64,000 bases of DNA from Patescibacteria group bacterium (GCA_041653675.1 JBAZEY010000001.1:98-64097), one strand, 5' to 3'; positions 1 through 10,122 are shown, counted from the first letter of the stretch. Notes: generated from the letters alone by a model not told the origin. Numbers and translations: made by a program.

Positions 1-3000
1 TTATTACGGCGCGGACGCGAAGAGATATGTTTTCCCATATCAGGCTTCTTATGCGTCATGGTATGGCTCCACCTTTGGTGCTGTCACCACTATGACCGAC
101 GCAGATTTAATTGCCATTCCTTTCGGCGGTAACGTGACTGTTCGCCCGGGCAAATTAGCCCAGGTCGTCAGCATGGACAGCCCTTGGATGGTAATGGATC
201 CTAAAGTTTACGCCGTAGAAAAAGACAATGTTCTCCGCTGGGTTAAAACCGCGGACGTCGCTGTCGCTATCTTTGGCGCGACTTGGGAATCACAGATTGT
301 CGCTATTCCAGAAGCGCTCCTCACCAATTACACGATTGGCGCGGAAATCAACGCTGCTGGAGACTACACTTTAGCCACTCAACAGGCCGTTGCCTCAATC
401 AATGAGTGCAAAGGTTTGACCGGCGTTTCCGGAACGGGCGGCTTATCAGTTGCTTTAGCTTCAGACACTCCGGCAGCCGCTTCAGTACCGAAAGGCGCGG
501 CTGACGTTTATTTTACCAAGGTTAACTTCACTGCTGGCGCGGCTGATGCAACAATCACCGGCCTTAAGGTGACACGATCTGGCCTTGGTATCGACGCGAA
601 CCTCGCTGCCATCAAACTTTTTGTTGACGGCGTACAGCGCGGCACTGCACAGAGTTTAGGTTCAATCCATCAGGCAACCTTTACTTTGTCTTCAAACCCG
701 ATCGTCGTCCCTGCCGGCACCACAAAAGCGGTTGTTTTAGCCGCTGATATTGCCGTCGCGACGGCGTTTGACCAACACGTCCTGGGCATTGCCCTCGCGT
801 CAGACATTACGACCACTGCGACCGTTTCCGGAACATTCCCGGTTAACGGCAGCACAATGTCTTTGGTCAACACTTCAATTGGCACTGCCGTGATTTCAGG
901 CGGTCCGTTAAACCCGGGCACCACGGGTGGCGATGTCGGAATTGATCCGGCTGCGGTCGGCTACAGATTCTCGCAGATTAGAATCGCCGCTGGTTCAGTT
1001 GAACCGCTCGTTGTTCAGCAGATCGTTGCCATCAGGAATGGCACGGCTGCTAGCACTGATGTCAAGAATATTGAACTCTTCAATGATACAGCTGGCACTT
1101 CTTTAGGTACTGTCACTGGTTTGGATTCAACCGGCCGAGCCGTGTTTTCAAACCTGAATTTGACAATAGCCAAAGGCGCCTATGTTGAATTATCAGTTAA
1201 AGCCGATATGGCTGGCGGTTCTGGCAGATCAATTAGCTTTGACGTTCATGACGGCACAGCGTTTGCCGGCATGATAAAGGGCGGAACCTTTAACTTTGGT
1301 ATTACTCCGACCTTTACCAATACGACTGCTTTCTGTAAAACCGCTGCTACCGACTACACTTGTCAAACACAGACCATCAATCAGGGCTACTTAACAGTTT
1401 CGAAGAGCGCTTCAGCTCCAGCCACTGGCAAAATCCCAACTGGCGGGACGAACGTTCCTTTGATGGCCTTTGATTTCACTGTGGCTGGTGAGCCGATCAA
1501 TGTCACTTCAACAGTGGTGACTTACACTACTGCTGATGGCACAGGCACTGCCGGTACTGGTATTAGAACAAATGTTACCAATTTCACATTGGTAACGGCT
1601 GCTGGTACCACTTTGGCTGGTCCAAAAGATGGCGATACCACTCACACAAGCGTGGGTGCGGAAACCTTGACCATCACTGATGGTTACACCTTGCCGGTTG
1701 GTACAACTGTGGTTTACGCGAAAGCGAACTTGTCTTCGTTGATGACTGCTGGCAACACCGTTGTTGTTACAATGGCAGCTGGCGCGATCACGGGCAAAGG
1801 CGCGAATTCCGCCAAAATTGTTCACACCACTTCAACTGGCGCAACCGTTCCTCCAGCATCTGCCATCACTGGCAACACGATGACTGTGCAGGGTCCGGTC
1901 TTAGCAATCACTACGGCTGCTTCCCCGGTTGTTGGCAGTATGGTGGTTAATGCTCAAGATCAGATTTTTGCTTATCTTGATCTTGATGCTTCAGGCGGCG
2001 GTGAAAACATTAGAGTCAGTTCCATTAAAGTGACTGACACTTGCGTTGCTGCGGCTGGTCCTGTGGCTTGTACTCTCTACACTGGTTTGAATAACCTTGA
2101 ACTCTGGGGCGATCCGGATAACACCGACGCCACAGTGGTCAACGAACGCTTAGCCACTTCCAACTCAACAGCGGTTCTCGGCGCTACTGTTACTTTCACC
2201 TTCCAAGTCCCGATCGTGGTTTCAAAAGCTGCGACATCGAGATTGACCTTGAAGGCTGATGTGACAACTGTTTATGATGAAGCATCAGAGGGAACTGCAG
2301 ACACTCATGCCTTTAAAGTTAATGCGGGTGGTGATGTCACAGCCATCGGCGCAGTCACCGGTAATACCGCCGCAAAGACGGTTTCTGGTGCTGGCCAGGC
2401 CCAAACACTCCGCGCGTCAGGAACTTTGAAGGTTGAAAAGGCGGCTGACATGCCGTCTGCCGTGCAGCTCGTTTCATCTTCCTTGGCCAATGAAGTGGCG
2501 AAGTACAAATTCACCACTCAATATGAGCCAGTTGATGTGACGACAATCAGTCTCTTCTGCGGTGACAACACCCAGGCTGGTACAAACTGCACCTTAGGCA
2601 ACATTGCGAAACTCTATGTCTACGCAAATGGCGTCTTGGTTGGTAACACTGCGGGTTACTCCTTGGATGCCACTGGCCTCGCTTCAGTTGTCTTGGATAG
2701 CGGAACTTTGGTCATTCCAAAGGACAGCTATTCAACGATCACCATTAAGGCTGATCTACCTGACAAGACTCAGGTGACGACTTCTTCAGGTGCTGATATC
2801 CAGATCGGTATTGAAGGAGCTGGCGCTGCTGGCACAACCCATAATGAAGATAACACCTGGGGCGATGGAGTTCATGTCAATAACGACTACTACATAATCG
2901 CGAATGGCCAATCTTCAGGCGCGATCATCGACATGAATACCATCAACAGTTTGGGCACTACGGCCGTTTCTCAGAACTTCGCTTCAAACCCCTTCAGTGC

Positions 3001-3625
3001 TCACAAAGGTATCTTGACGGTCAGCTTGAACGCTTCTTCTCCTTCCGGCACTCAAACCGCTGGTGAAAATAAGGAAGTCTTAAGACTGAACCTTACTGCC
3101 ACTGGCGATGATGTCACCATCAGAGAACTGGAATTGAAGAACGGCGGTACCGCGACTATCACCGGCACAGGAAGTTTAACTGTGAAGAGTGATGATCTCG
3201 GCACAACTTACGCCACAGTTACTGGCGCCAACTGTAATACTTACAGCGCGTCTGGTAACTTCTGCCTTGAGACTGCTACGACATTGTCAATCGGCTCAAC
3301 CGCCGGAACAGGCGCTTGTACTGCTGTAGCCGTGGCTGATGGCGTTGGCGATAAGTGCTCTGGATACTGGACTGCGGACGACAACCTCCAGGTTGCGGCT
3401 GGCACCACGAAAGTCATCAGAATCTTTGGTGACACGACTGGCGCTCTCTCGACCAAGACCTATCAGATGACTGTTGGTCCAGATGCCACGAGTATGACCA
3501 CCGTTTATGGTGTGACATATCGTGATAGCTCTGGTACTGATGTCGGCGATAGGATTGCTTCGACGTCAAGCTCGTATCCAGCGACCAAGAATCTGCCTCT
3601 CTCTGGCGGAAGCTTGAGCTTCTAA
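1..3625 (+). CDS. Giant secreted/surface repeat protein, 5'-truncated by window edge. The first ~140 aa in the window match the ~125-aa domain that is C-terminal in the four paralogs; a ~1050-aa Thr/Gly/Ala-rich beta-repeat region follows.
   Basis: Open frame 2 runs from base 2 with no stop until 3625. Residues YYGADAKRYVFP...VRPGKLAQVVSMDSPWMVMDPKVYAV align with the C-terminal domains at 6366-6833, 9521-10102, 12601-13181 and 14770-15234. A terminator follows at 3652. Confidence 0.7.
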   Translation, partial: YYGADAKRYVFPYQASYASWYGSTFGAVTTMTDADLIAIPFGGNVTVRPGKLAQVVSMDSPWMVMDPKVYAVEKDNVLRWVKTADVAVAIFGATWESQIVAIPEALLTNYTIGAEINAAGDYTLATQQAVASINECKGLTGVSGTGGLSVALASDTPAAASVPKGAADVYFTKVNFTAGAADATITGLKVTRSGLGIDANLAAIKLFVDGVQRGTAQSLGSIHQATFTLSSNPIVVPAGTTKAVVLAADIAVATAFDQHVLGIALASDITTTATVSGTFPVNGSTMSLVNTSIGTAVISGGPLNPGTTGGDVGIDPAAVGYRFSQIRIAAGSVEPLVVQQIVAIRNGTAASTDVKNIELFNDTAGTSLGTVTGLDSTGRAVFSNLNLTIAKGAYVELSVKADMAGGSGRSISFDVHDGTAFAGMIKGGTFNFGITPTFTNTTAFCKTAATDYTCQTQTINQGYLTVSKSASAPATGKIPTGGTNVPLMAFDFTVAGEPINVTSTVVTYTTADGTGTAGTGIRTNVTNFTLVTAAGTTLAGPKDGDTTHTSVGAETLTITDGYTLPVGTTVVYAKANLSSLMTAGNTVVVTMAAGAITGKGANSAKIVHTTSTGATVPPASAITGNTMTVQGPVLAITTAASPVVGSMVVNAQDQIFAYLDLDASGGGENIRVSSIKVTDTCVAAAGPVACTLYTGLNNLELWGDPDNTDATVVNERLATSNSTAVLGATVTFTFQVPIVVSKAATSRLTLKADVTTVYDEASEGTADTHAFKVNAGGDVTAIGAVTGNTAAKTVSGAGQAQTLRASGTLKVEKAADMPSAVQLVSSSLANEVAKYKFTTQYEPVDVTTISLFCGDNTQAGTNCTLGNIAKLYVYANGVLVGNTAGYSLDATGLASVVLDSGTLVIPKDSYSTITIKADLPDKTQVTTSSGADIQIGIEGAGAAGTTHNEDNTWGDGVHVNNDYYIIANGQSSGAIIDMNTINSLGTTAVSQNFASNPFSAHKGILTVSLNASSPSGTQTAGENKEVLRLNLTATGDDVTIRELELKNGGTATITGTGSLTVKSDDLGTTYATVTGANCNTYSASGNFCLETATTLSIGSTAGTGACTAVAVADGVGDKCSGYWTADDNLQVAAGTTKVIRIFGDTTGALSTKTYQMTVGPDATSMTTVYGVTYRDSSGTDVGDRIASTSSSYPATKNLPLSGGSLSF

Positions 3626-3651
3626 TCTCTGAATTCGTTGATATAGAAAAA

Positions 3652-3687
3652 AGCAGGGCGCCCTCTCGGCGCCCTGCTTTGATTTTG
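3652..3687 (+). terminator. Rho-independent terminator (stem agcagggcgcc/ggcgccctgct followed by TTTGATTTT)
   Basis: Perfect 11-bp GC-rich stem with a 5-nt loop and a T-run, immediately after the stop at 3625. Confidence 0.7.
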
Positions 3688-3704
3688 TGGTAAAATAAAA
3701 TTGT

Positions 3705-3763
3705 CCCCGACTAAAGTCGGGACTCCGGCGAACGATTTGGACTCCTCACTTTAGTGAGGGTTG
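3705..3763. repeat. REP-like hairpin pair upstream of the RAYT gene (cccgac-TAAA-gtcggg + gactcc; cctcac-TTTA-gtgagg + gttg)
   Basis: Two 6-bp-stem, 4-nt-loop palindromes with a conserved GACTCC tail; the same units recur at 4311-4450. Confidence 0.7.
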
Positions 3764-3776
3764 AACACAGTAATAT

Positions 3777-4310
3777 ATGCCATACAGAGAATACCATCCG
3801 CCGCATCTATATTTTGATCAAACAATTTATTTTATAACTTGTCGCACAGTAAATAAAGAAAATTTTTTTGCAACCGATGCGCATAAGAATGTTTTATATT
3901 CCTGTCTAAGGACAGGACTCCAAAATTTTAATATTCCGATTTACGCTTTTGTTATTTTGGATAACCATTATCACTTGTTAATAAAAATACAAAAAGCCGG
4001 AGATTTGCCCCTATTTATTAAATATCTTAATGGTAAAAGTTCTTTTGAATTAAATAAATCGGAGAACGAACAGGGCCGGAAAATTTGGTACCAATATTTT
4101 GATCACACAATCCGCGACGAAGCTGATTTTTGGAAACATTTTAATTACATTCATCAAAATCCGGTAAAACACGGGTTCTGTAAAAATTTGAGGGAAGTTT
4201 TTGGTTATCCCTTTTCAAGCGCGAAAAGTTGGAGTAAAATAAAAGGAGAGGAATGGTTTGATTCTTGTTTTGAGTTGTATCCGATTGTTGATTTTACCGC
4301 GGGAGAATAA
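3777..4310 (+). CDS. REP-associated tyrosine transposase (RAYT; IS200/IS605 TnpA-like Y1 HUH enzyme)
   Basis: HUH motif HYHLL; C-terminal catalytic-Tyr region KIWYQYFDHTIRDEADFWKHFNYIHQNPVKHGF...YPFSS matches the TnpA_REP/Y1 transposase signature (IWQ..F.D..I....YI..NPV..G.V....W.YSS); flanked by REPs. Confidence 0.75.
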   Translation: MPYREYHPPHLYFDQTIYFITCRTVNKENFFATDAHKNVLYSCLRTGLQNFNIPIYAFVILDNHYHLLIKIQKAGDLPLFIKYLNGKSSFELNKSENEQGRKIWYQYFDHTIRDEADFWKHFNYIHQNPVKHGFCKNLREVFGYPFSSAKSWSKIKGEEWFDSCFELYPIVDFTAGE

Positions 4311-4450
4311 CCCCGACTAAAGTCGGAACTCCGCAGTCTCTCGGACTCCTCACTTTAGTGAGGGTTGGATCTACCCCGACTAAAGTCGGAACTCCAAATT
4401 TAATAATTTATTTAAAATTAAATTAAGTACCTGTCTAAAGACAGGACTCC
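4311..4450. repeat. Cluster of four REP-like hairpins (two cccgac/gtcgga units, one cctcac/gtgagg unit, one cctgtc/gacagg unit), each with a GACTCC/GAACTCC tail
   Basis: Hairpins at 4311-4332, 4343-4368, 4374-4395 and 4430-4450. All have a 6-bp stem and TAAA/TTTA loop; the last ends 9 nt before the ATG at 4460. Confidence 0.7.
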
Positions 4451-4459
4451 AAAAAACCT

Positions 4460-5128
4460 ATGACCAAAAAATTGAAAATTATTTTGATCGTCGTCGTTTT
4501 TATTTTAATCGCCGGCGGACTTCTCGTCTGGAAAACTTGGAATTGGCAAGGAAAGATGGGGGATTTAAGAAGTTATGTTACTTCCTTATTTTCTGGAGAA
4601 AAAGTAGAAGAATTACCGGCCGATGTTAAAGCGGCCTATGAAGCCTTGAAAAATGATCCGTCAAATACCAGCGCTTATATAAAAATTGCCGCTTGGAAAC
4701 GGGACCAAGGCCAATTGGCGGACGCGATTAAACTTTATGAATCAGCCTTAGAAGTGAAACCAGACGACACTTTGCTTTTAATGAATAGCGCCGAACTTTA
4801 TACGAGAAACGAGCAATATGCCGAGGCCGCGGGAGCGTATGTGAAAGTCATGGAAAGCAACCCGAAGTGGCTTGCCGCCTATCGCAGTTTAGCCGATCTT
4901 TATCGCTACCAAATGCCGGAAAGAAAAATTGAAATTCCGAGCATTTTAAAAAGGGGACTGGAAGCAAATTCGGAAAATGAAATTTATTTTGTCGCGCCGC
5001 TTGCCATTTATTACAAAGATTTCGGACCGGAAGACGAAGCGATTCGCTGGTACGAGCGGCTGCTTGAACTTGAACCCGGAAATCTCACGGCACAGAAAGA
5101 GTTGGAAGAATTAAAAAATAAACAATAA
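4460..5128 (+). CDS. TPR-repeat protein with N-terminal transmembrane anchor
   Basis: N-terminal hydrophobic helix ILIVVVFILIAGGLLVW followed by repeated 34-aa Ala/Tyr/Leu-rich TPR-like units (AYIKIAAWKRDQGQLADAIKLYESALEVKPDD...). Confidence 0.6.
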   Translation: MTKKLKIILIVVVFILIAGGLLVWKTWNWQGKMGDLRSYVTSLFSGEKVEELPADVKAAYEALKNDPSNTSAYIKIAAWKRDQGQLADAIKLYESALEVKPDDTLLLMNSAELYTRNEQYAEAAGAYVKVMESNPKWLAAYRSLADLYRYQMPERKIEIPSILKRGLEANSENEIYFVAPLAIYYKDFGPEDEAIRWYERLLELEPGNLTAQKELEELKNKQ

Positions 5129-5144
5129 ATAACGGTTAAAAATT

Positions 5145-6833
5145 ATGAAAAAAATCGTCTTCGCTCTGATTTTTCTTTTAACTATTCCTTGGATTCCGGT
5201 AGGAGCCGCGGAAACTATTACCGTCACGAATACTGGCGCGCCGGCCGTGATTTTCTATCCTTCAGAGTTTGATAAATTAGTTATGGATTTTACAATCGCG
5301 CGAACCGACGGAACAGCTGATGTTTTAAACGCCCTGACTTTGCAAAACGACGGCACGGCCTGGGGTTGGGATATTTCTAAAGTTGTTGTTTGGGCTGATG
5401 CCGGAGAGGCTGGCTTTCAGGGAATGGCGGTTGACGAAAAATTGGGCGAAGCAGTGCGCTACGAAACTGGCGGTTACTGGTATTTATCAGGATTGCAAAA
5501 AGCTGTGCCTGCATCCGGCCTTCGGATTTTTGTGAGTATTGAAACCGGATCAAAAGCCGTGATTACAGCCAACAGATCGGTCCAAATGAAAGTGCCTCTT
5601 CTTATTGACGGCGGAACGATTGGCCGGTTTGACCTCGGCGATTCGGGTTTATTTTTAGCCGGAGCCACTGGCACCGCGAGTGGAGTTGTAAATCCTTCAG
5701 CCCAGACCATCTGGGTTTCAAATTATGACACGAGCGCGCCCAAAACCGTGGTTACATCTCCCTCGGCCGGAACGATTATCACCACTTCAACTTTCAAAAT
5801 TACCGGCGTGGCGCGCGATCAAGGCGGTTCAACTTTGGCAACGCTTCAAATTCAAATTAACTCTGGGAGTACGGCCGGTTCTTGGGCAGATGTGACAAAT
5901 ACTGGAACAAATTATTCAACCTGGGAATATAATTGGACAAATATTGCCGACGGAACTTACACAATTAAAACGCAAGGCGCCGACTGGCTCGGCAATTCTG
6001 AAACAATCGGGCAGGGGACTACCGTAACAGTTGACCAAACCGCGACAACTTCGGCCTCCGCTTCTGCTTCCACGGTTTCCGCGACGCCCGCCACTCTTCC
6101 GGCCGACGGTTCAACCAGAACGTTTGTCAGCGTACTAGTTAAAAATTTAGTGGGCAGCGCACTTTCCGGAAAAACAGTTTCTTTAGTTTCCGATCGCTCA
6201 ACCGATAACATTATAGCTACCAAAGAAATAACTGGCGTGGACGGCCTGGCCACTTTTGAAGTAACGGGAACTGCGACCGGAGTTTCAACTTTGACCGCGA
6301 CAGTCGGCATCGTGACTTTAGACCAAAAACCGACTTTAACTTTTACCGCCGTTGCTTTTCACGCGGGAGATTTAATTAAAGGAACTGCGAGCACGGCCGT
6401 TTATTATTACGCAGATAACGGCAGAAGATATATTTTTCCGACCGCGGCGATTTATTCATCTTGGTTTACTGGTTTTTCTTCCATTAAAACAATCCCCGAC
6501 GCGGACCTCGCCGCCGTACCGACCTCCGGCAATGTTACTGTGCGGCCCGGAAAGTTGGTCCAGGTTGTCAGTATGGATACGCCCTGGCGCGTGATGGATC
6601 CGAAAGTTTACGCCGTGAGCCGCGGGGGAGTCTTGCGCTGGGTCAAAACCGCCGACGCGGCAAGCGCGATTTTTGGCACGGAATGGGAGAAGAGTATTGT
6701 CGCCGTGCCAGAGGTGTTTGTTACAAATTATAATTACGGAGCTGATATCAACATTGCCACGGATTACAATTTAGCGGCTGAGCAGGCGGTGGCAACAATT
6801 GACGAAGATAAAAGTGCGAGGGTGACGGATTAA
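5145..6833 (+). CDS. Secreted surface protein: signal peptide, invasin-type Ig domain (Big_1-like), shared C-terminal ~125-aa domain
   Basis: Signal peptide MKKIVFALIFLLTIPWIPVGAAE. The segment SVSATPATLPADGST...SGKTVSLVSDR...TGVDGLATFEVTGTATGVSTLTATV resembles Big_1. C-terminal YYYADNGRRYIFP...VRPGKLVQVVSMDTPWRVMDPKVYAV is shared with the paralogs. Confidence 0.7.
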   Translation: MKKIVFALIFLLTIPWIPVGAAETITVTNTGAPAVIFYPSEFDKLVMDFTIARTDGTADVLNALTLQNDGTAWGWDISKVVVWADAGEAGFQGMAVDEKLGEAVRYETGGYWYLSGLQKAVPASGLRIFVSIETGSKAVITANRSVQMKVPLLIDGGTIGRFDLGDSGLFLAGATGTASGVVNPSAQTIWVSNYDTSAPKTVVTSPSAGTIITTSTFKITGVARDQGGSTLATLQIQINSGSTAGSWADVTNTGTNYSTWEYNWTNIADGTYTIKTQGADWLGNSETIGQGTTVTVDQTATTSASASASTVSATPATLPADGSTRTFVSVLVKNLVGSALSGKTVSLVSDRSTDNIIATKEITGVDGLATFEVTGTATGVSTLTATVGIVTLDQKPTLTFTAVAFHAGDLIKGTASTAVYYYADNGRRYIFPTAAIYSSWFTGFSSIKTIPDADLAAVPTSGNVTVRPGKLVQVVSMDTPWRVMDPKVYAVSRGGVLRWVKTADAASAIFGTEWEKSIVAVPEVFVTNYNYGADINIATDYNLAAEQAVATIDEDKSARVTD

Positions 6834-7243
6834 GAGATTGTGGATAAGTTTCCTCTTGACCAACTCAGTTTTTCGTGATAAAATAAAAGAAGATTAAATT
6901 AATATGAAGTTAACCGTGCTTGTCGTTTCGCAAACGAGCGAATTAGTTTTAAGTTTCTCTAGGGGGAGAGACTTGTTTAATGCTTAATTTTTAGGCATTT
7001 TTTTGTTGTTTAACTAAGAATTTAACTAATAAATTTAATTAAATATAAACCTTACCCTGCGAGAAATTTATTCTGCGGGGAATAAGCGCTACGGCGCTTG
7101 AAATTCCGTCGCTCGTCCCAAATGTTCCGCCGAGGTGGACCACTTGCGGACTCGCTAGGAATTATAAAAAAGGCGAATTTCGGAATTAATTGCGAATAAT
7201 TTTATTCGCAGTTCTCAATTCTTGGTTCGTCGTTTCAAAAAAT

Positions 7244-10102
7244 ATGGCAGAAAGAATCAAAAAAGGCTTTTTCAAAGTATTGCCATTGTCGGTGGTAGTA
7301 TTTTTAGTGTTAGGCTTGGTGGTGTCCTTCACCATGCCAACTCCTCAAAATCTCGGAGTAGAGCCTGTGAAAGCAGCGGTTAACGGCGGCACTACGTCGG
7401 CTCTCTGGCTATTGGACACAAACGCAACTCCAAACGGAAAAATTGATAGAATCACTTTTAGTGTCCTTAACACGAGCGGAGATGCTTGGGCTTTGAATGT
7501 TGCCTTACCTTACGGGTTAAGCGTAACCCAGGCTGGCAATGCGATAACTATTTCGGCAGTTACTATCACGTCGATCGCCACCGCCAATCCAATTACTGTA
7601 CAAGTTGATTTAGATGAAAGTGACGCAGACTTACTCGTGAATACTGACGGTGTTACCACGGGAGCCATAGAATTAATCTATACTCCAGTCCTCTTCGCAA
7701 ACTGCGGCACAACAGCCAGTATTTGTGATACCGATGAAGAAATGAATGTCATTGCGACCGGCGATACCGGAGCAACTGATACTGAAGTTGATAAAGCCGC
7801 GCCGTATATGACTTCCGCAACTTATGGGGATTCCGACGCGGGTGGCAACGTTGACCGAGTTACTTTTGTCTTTTCCGAATCAACAACCTGGACCGCTATG
7901 ACCGCCGCGGATTGGGCATTCGGAGCTGGCGACATCGCTATAACAGGAGATTTTCTTATTGGTGACTGTACTGCCTCTCCATCTATAACCTATGTCTGTA
8001 CTGATGCGGCTAACGCTCATATTACCTCAACCGCCGATAGAACCGGTAAGCAGACTTTAGCGGGTATTGAACCAACCTTTACTTATACCAATAGCACTAA
8101 CGACATCAATGATGGCGCTGCTGCTAATAACACTGCCACTTTTGGGCCAAACTCCTTGGCTGATGGCGCCGCGCCATATTTCCTCTCTGCTATCTATTCA
8201 GATTCTACCGCTGACGGAAAAGTTGACCGCGTGGCTTTTGCCTTTTCTGAAGTGACGACCTTTAACGCGATTACTGCCGCGGACTGGGCATTTGGCGGAG
8301 GTGACATTGTCCTTAGTGGCGACTTTGCTCTCGCTGAATGCGTGGGTTCAGCCACCCTCACCACCGTTACCTGCACTGACGCTGGCACGGGAACAGTTGA
8401 CGCCACTGCTTCAAGAACCGGCAAACAAACTTTAGCAGGCATTGAACCAACTATTACTTATACTAATGGCACTAATGACATTAGAGATGCCTCCTCCAAT
8501 AATACTGCCACTTTTGGTCCAACATCCTTGGTTGATGGCGCAGCTCCAGTCTTTGTGACCACCTCTCCGGCTGACGGCGCGACAGGCGTGGCCCTGGACG
8601 CGAGTATGGTTATTACTTTCTCCGAGACGATGACCGAGGCCTCTGTTACAGGCGCGATTACCAGAGCTCCAGCATTTACTCTCGGCACGGCATCATGGAA
8701 TGCGGCGAGCATAATTCTTACTTACTCCGCTCACGACGCTTTTGCCGGCATGCAGAACTACATCATCACCTTAGCCGGAACAATCGCCTCAGCGGCCGCA
8801 ACTGACGGAAATCTTGGGACTGGTCCGGTAGCAAATCCTTTTGACTTCACTACGGTCGCGGCTTCTAGCGGCGGAGGAGGCGCTGCAACATTACCCGCGT
8901 CTATCACTGTCACAACTCCGAACGGCGGCGAAATTTTGACCGGAGGAGGAACTTACAGCATCACCTGGTCGGCTGTTAGTAATACCGACCCGGTTAGCAT
9001 TTATTATTCAACTGACAGCGGCATAAATTTCCTGAACACCATAGCTACGGACGAAACGAACGATGGTTCTTACACCTGGACTGTTCCGAACGTTGCCACG
9101 AGCGCGGCCAAGGTTAAAGTAGTGAGCGGCAGTTTGAATGATATTTCTGATTCCAACTTTACTATCACTTACTCTACTTCCGCGGTTTCCACTTCCACCT
9201 CCACAGTTGTTGCTTCCCCGACTTCAGTGACGGCCAACGGAACTTCCAAATCAACTGTCACAGTCACCGTCAAAGACTCGAGTTCTAATCTGCTTTCTGG
9301 TAAAGTCGTGACCCTTGCTTCTTCTCGCGGCACTTCCGATACGGTTACGACCGTGACCGGCACAACCGGCACTAACGGCGTCGCCACTTTTGAAGTCAAA
9401 TCAAGCACGGCTGGCACTTCAACTTACACGGCTACTGCCGCGGGCGTAGTTCTAACTCAAACCGCTTCAGTCTCCTTTGCCGCTCCCGGCACGCCTGGTG
9501 AAACTCCAGTTTCTCTTAGTGTCGGAGACTTGATTAAGAGCAGTCTCAGCTCTTCGGTCTATTACTATGGTTCCGACGGCAAACGCCATGTCTTCCCGAA
9601 TGAAAAGACTTACAAGAGTTGGTATGTGGATTTCACCGGCATCAAAACTATTTCCGCCTCTCAACTCCAGGGCATCACTCTTGGCAAAAATGTCACGGTC
9701 CGTCCCGGCACGGTGCTCGTCAAAATCCAGACTGATCCCAAGGTCTACGCCGTTGAACCAGGCGGGCTCCTTCGCTGGGTTCCGACCGAAGCTCGTGCCA
9801 CCACTCTTTACGGCTCCTCTTGGGCCTCAAAGATCATTGATGTTCCAGTCATCTTCTGGGTTGACTACACCTTTGGCACTGACATTACGACCGACAAACA
9901 TCCGACCGGCGCCTTGGTCCAATATACTGGTTCAACTGAAAAATATTACATCCAGGGCACGGAAAAGCGTTTGATCTCCACTGCCGGCTTCACCGCCAAC
10001 AAATTCCAGTTGTCCAATGTCCTTACTGTCCCAACTACCATTACCTACACAACTGGCACGGCTCTCTCAGCCGAGGAGACAGCGCTATCTAGAATTTACT
10101 AG
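7244..10102 (+). CDS. Giant surface protein paralog. Modules: signal anchor, two tandem ~131-aa DGAAP modules, Big_5-like, compact beta-sandwich (GPI/Kre9-like pattern ITWS...YSTDSG...DGSYTWTVP), Big_1-like, shared C-terminal domain.
   Basis: The ORF track starts at 7190, but the conserved N-terminus MAERIKKGFFKVLPLSVVVFLVLGL, identical in pattern to the 10281 gene, begins at ATG 7244. Domain motifs are read directly from the translation. No SD. Confidence 0.7.
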   Translation: MAERIKKGFFKVLPLSVVVFLVLGLVVSFTMPTPQNLGVEPVKAAVNGGTTSALWLLDTNATPNGKIDRITFSVLNTSGDAWALNVALPYGLSVTQAGNAITISAVTITSIATANPITVQVDLDESDADLLVNTDGVTTGAIELIYTPVLFANCGTTASICDTDEEMNVIATGDTGATDTEVDKAAPYMTSATYGDSDAGGNVDRVTFVFSESTTWTAMTAADWAFGAGDIAITGDFLIGDCTASPSITYVCTDAANAHITSTADRTGKQTLAGIEPTFTYTNSTNDINDGAAANNTATFGPNSLADGAAPYFLSAIYSDSTADGKVDRVAFAFSEVTTFNAITAADWAFGGGDIVLSGDFALAECVGSATLTTVTCTDAGTGTVDATASRTGKQTLAGIEPTITYTNGTNDIRDASSNNTATFGPTSLVDGAAPVFVTTSPADGATGVALDASMVITFSETMTEASVTGAITRAPAFTLGTASWNAASIILTYSAHDAFAGMQNYIITLAGTIASAAATDGNLGTGPVANPFDFTTVAASSGGGGAATLPASITVTTPNGGEILTGGGTYSITWSAVSNTDPVSIYYSTDSGINFLNTIATDETNDGSYTWTVPNVATSAAKVKVVSGSLNDISDSNFTITYSTSAVSTSTSTVVASPTSVTANGTSKSTVTVTVKDSSSNLLSGKVVTLASSRGTSDTVTTVTGTTGTNGVATFEVKSSTAGTSTYTATAAGVVLTQTASVSFAAPGTPGETPVSLSVGDLIKSSLSSSVYYYGSDGKRHVFPNEKTYKSWYVDFTGIKTISASQLQGITLGKNVTVRPGTVLVKIQTDPKVYAVEPGGLLRWVPTEARATTLYGSSWASKIIDVPVIFWVDYTFGTDITTDKHPTGALVQYTGSTEKYYIQGTEKRLISTAGFTANKFQLSNVLTVPTTITYTTGTALSAEETALSRIY
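7778..8566 (+). repeat. Intragenic tandem duplication: two ~393-bp (131-aa) DGAAP modules
   Basis: DKAAPYMTSATYGDSDAGGNVDRVTFVFSE...RTGKQTLAGIEPTFTYTN and DGAAPYFLSAIYSDSTADGKVDRVAFAFSE...RTGKQTLAGIEPTITYTN are near-identical at the aa level. Confidence 0.7.
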
Positions 10103-10122
10103 AACTTAGATAGATTAGAAAA

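Larger units (their letters stand above)
3705..4450. mobile_element. RAYT/REP locus: tyrosine HUH transposase gene bracketed by six REP-like hairpins
   Basis: RAYT CDS 3777-4310 with hairpin clusters on both sides (2 upstream, 4 downstream) and one degenerate copy inside the CDS at 3901-3921. Confidence 0.6.

Noticed and set aside
3696-4455. Possible CRISPR array around the RAYT gene
   Set aside because: The repeat units are not identical: three different stem sequences share only the loop and the GACTCC tail. Spacers have irregular lengths and a coding gene lies in the middle. This fits REP/BIME-like hairpins, not CRISPR repeats.
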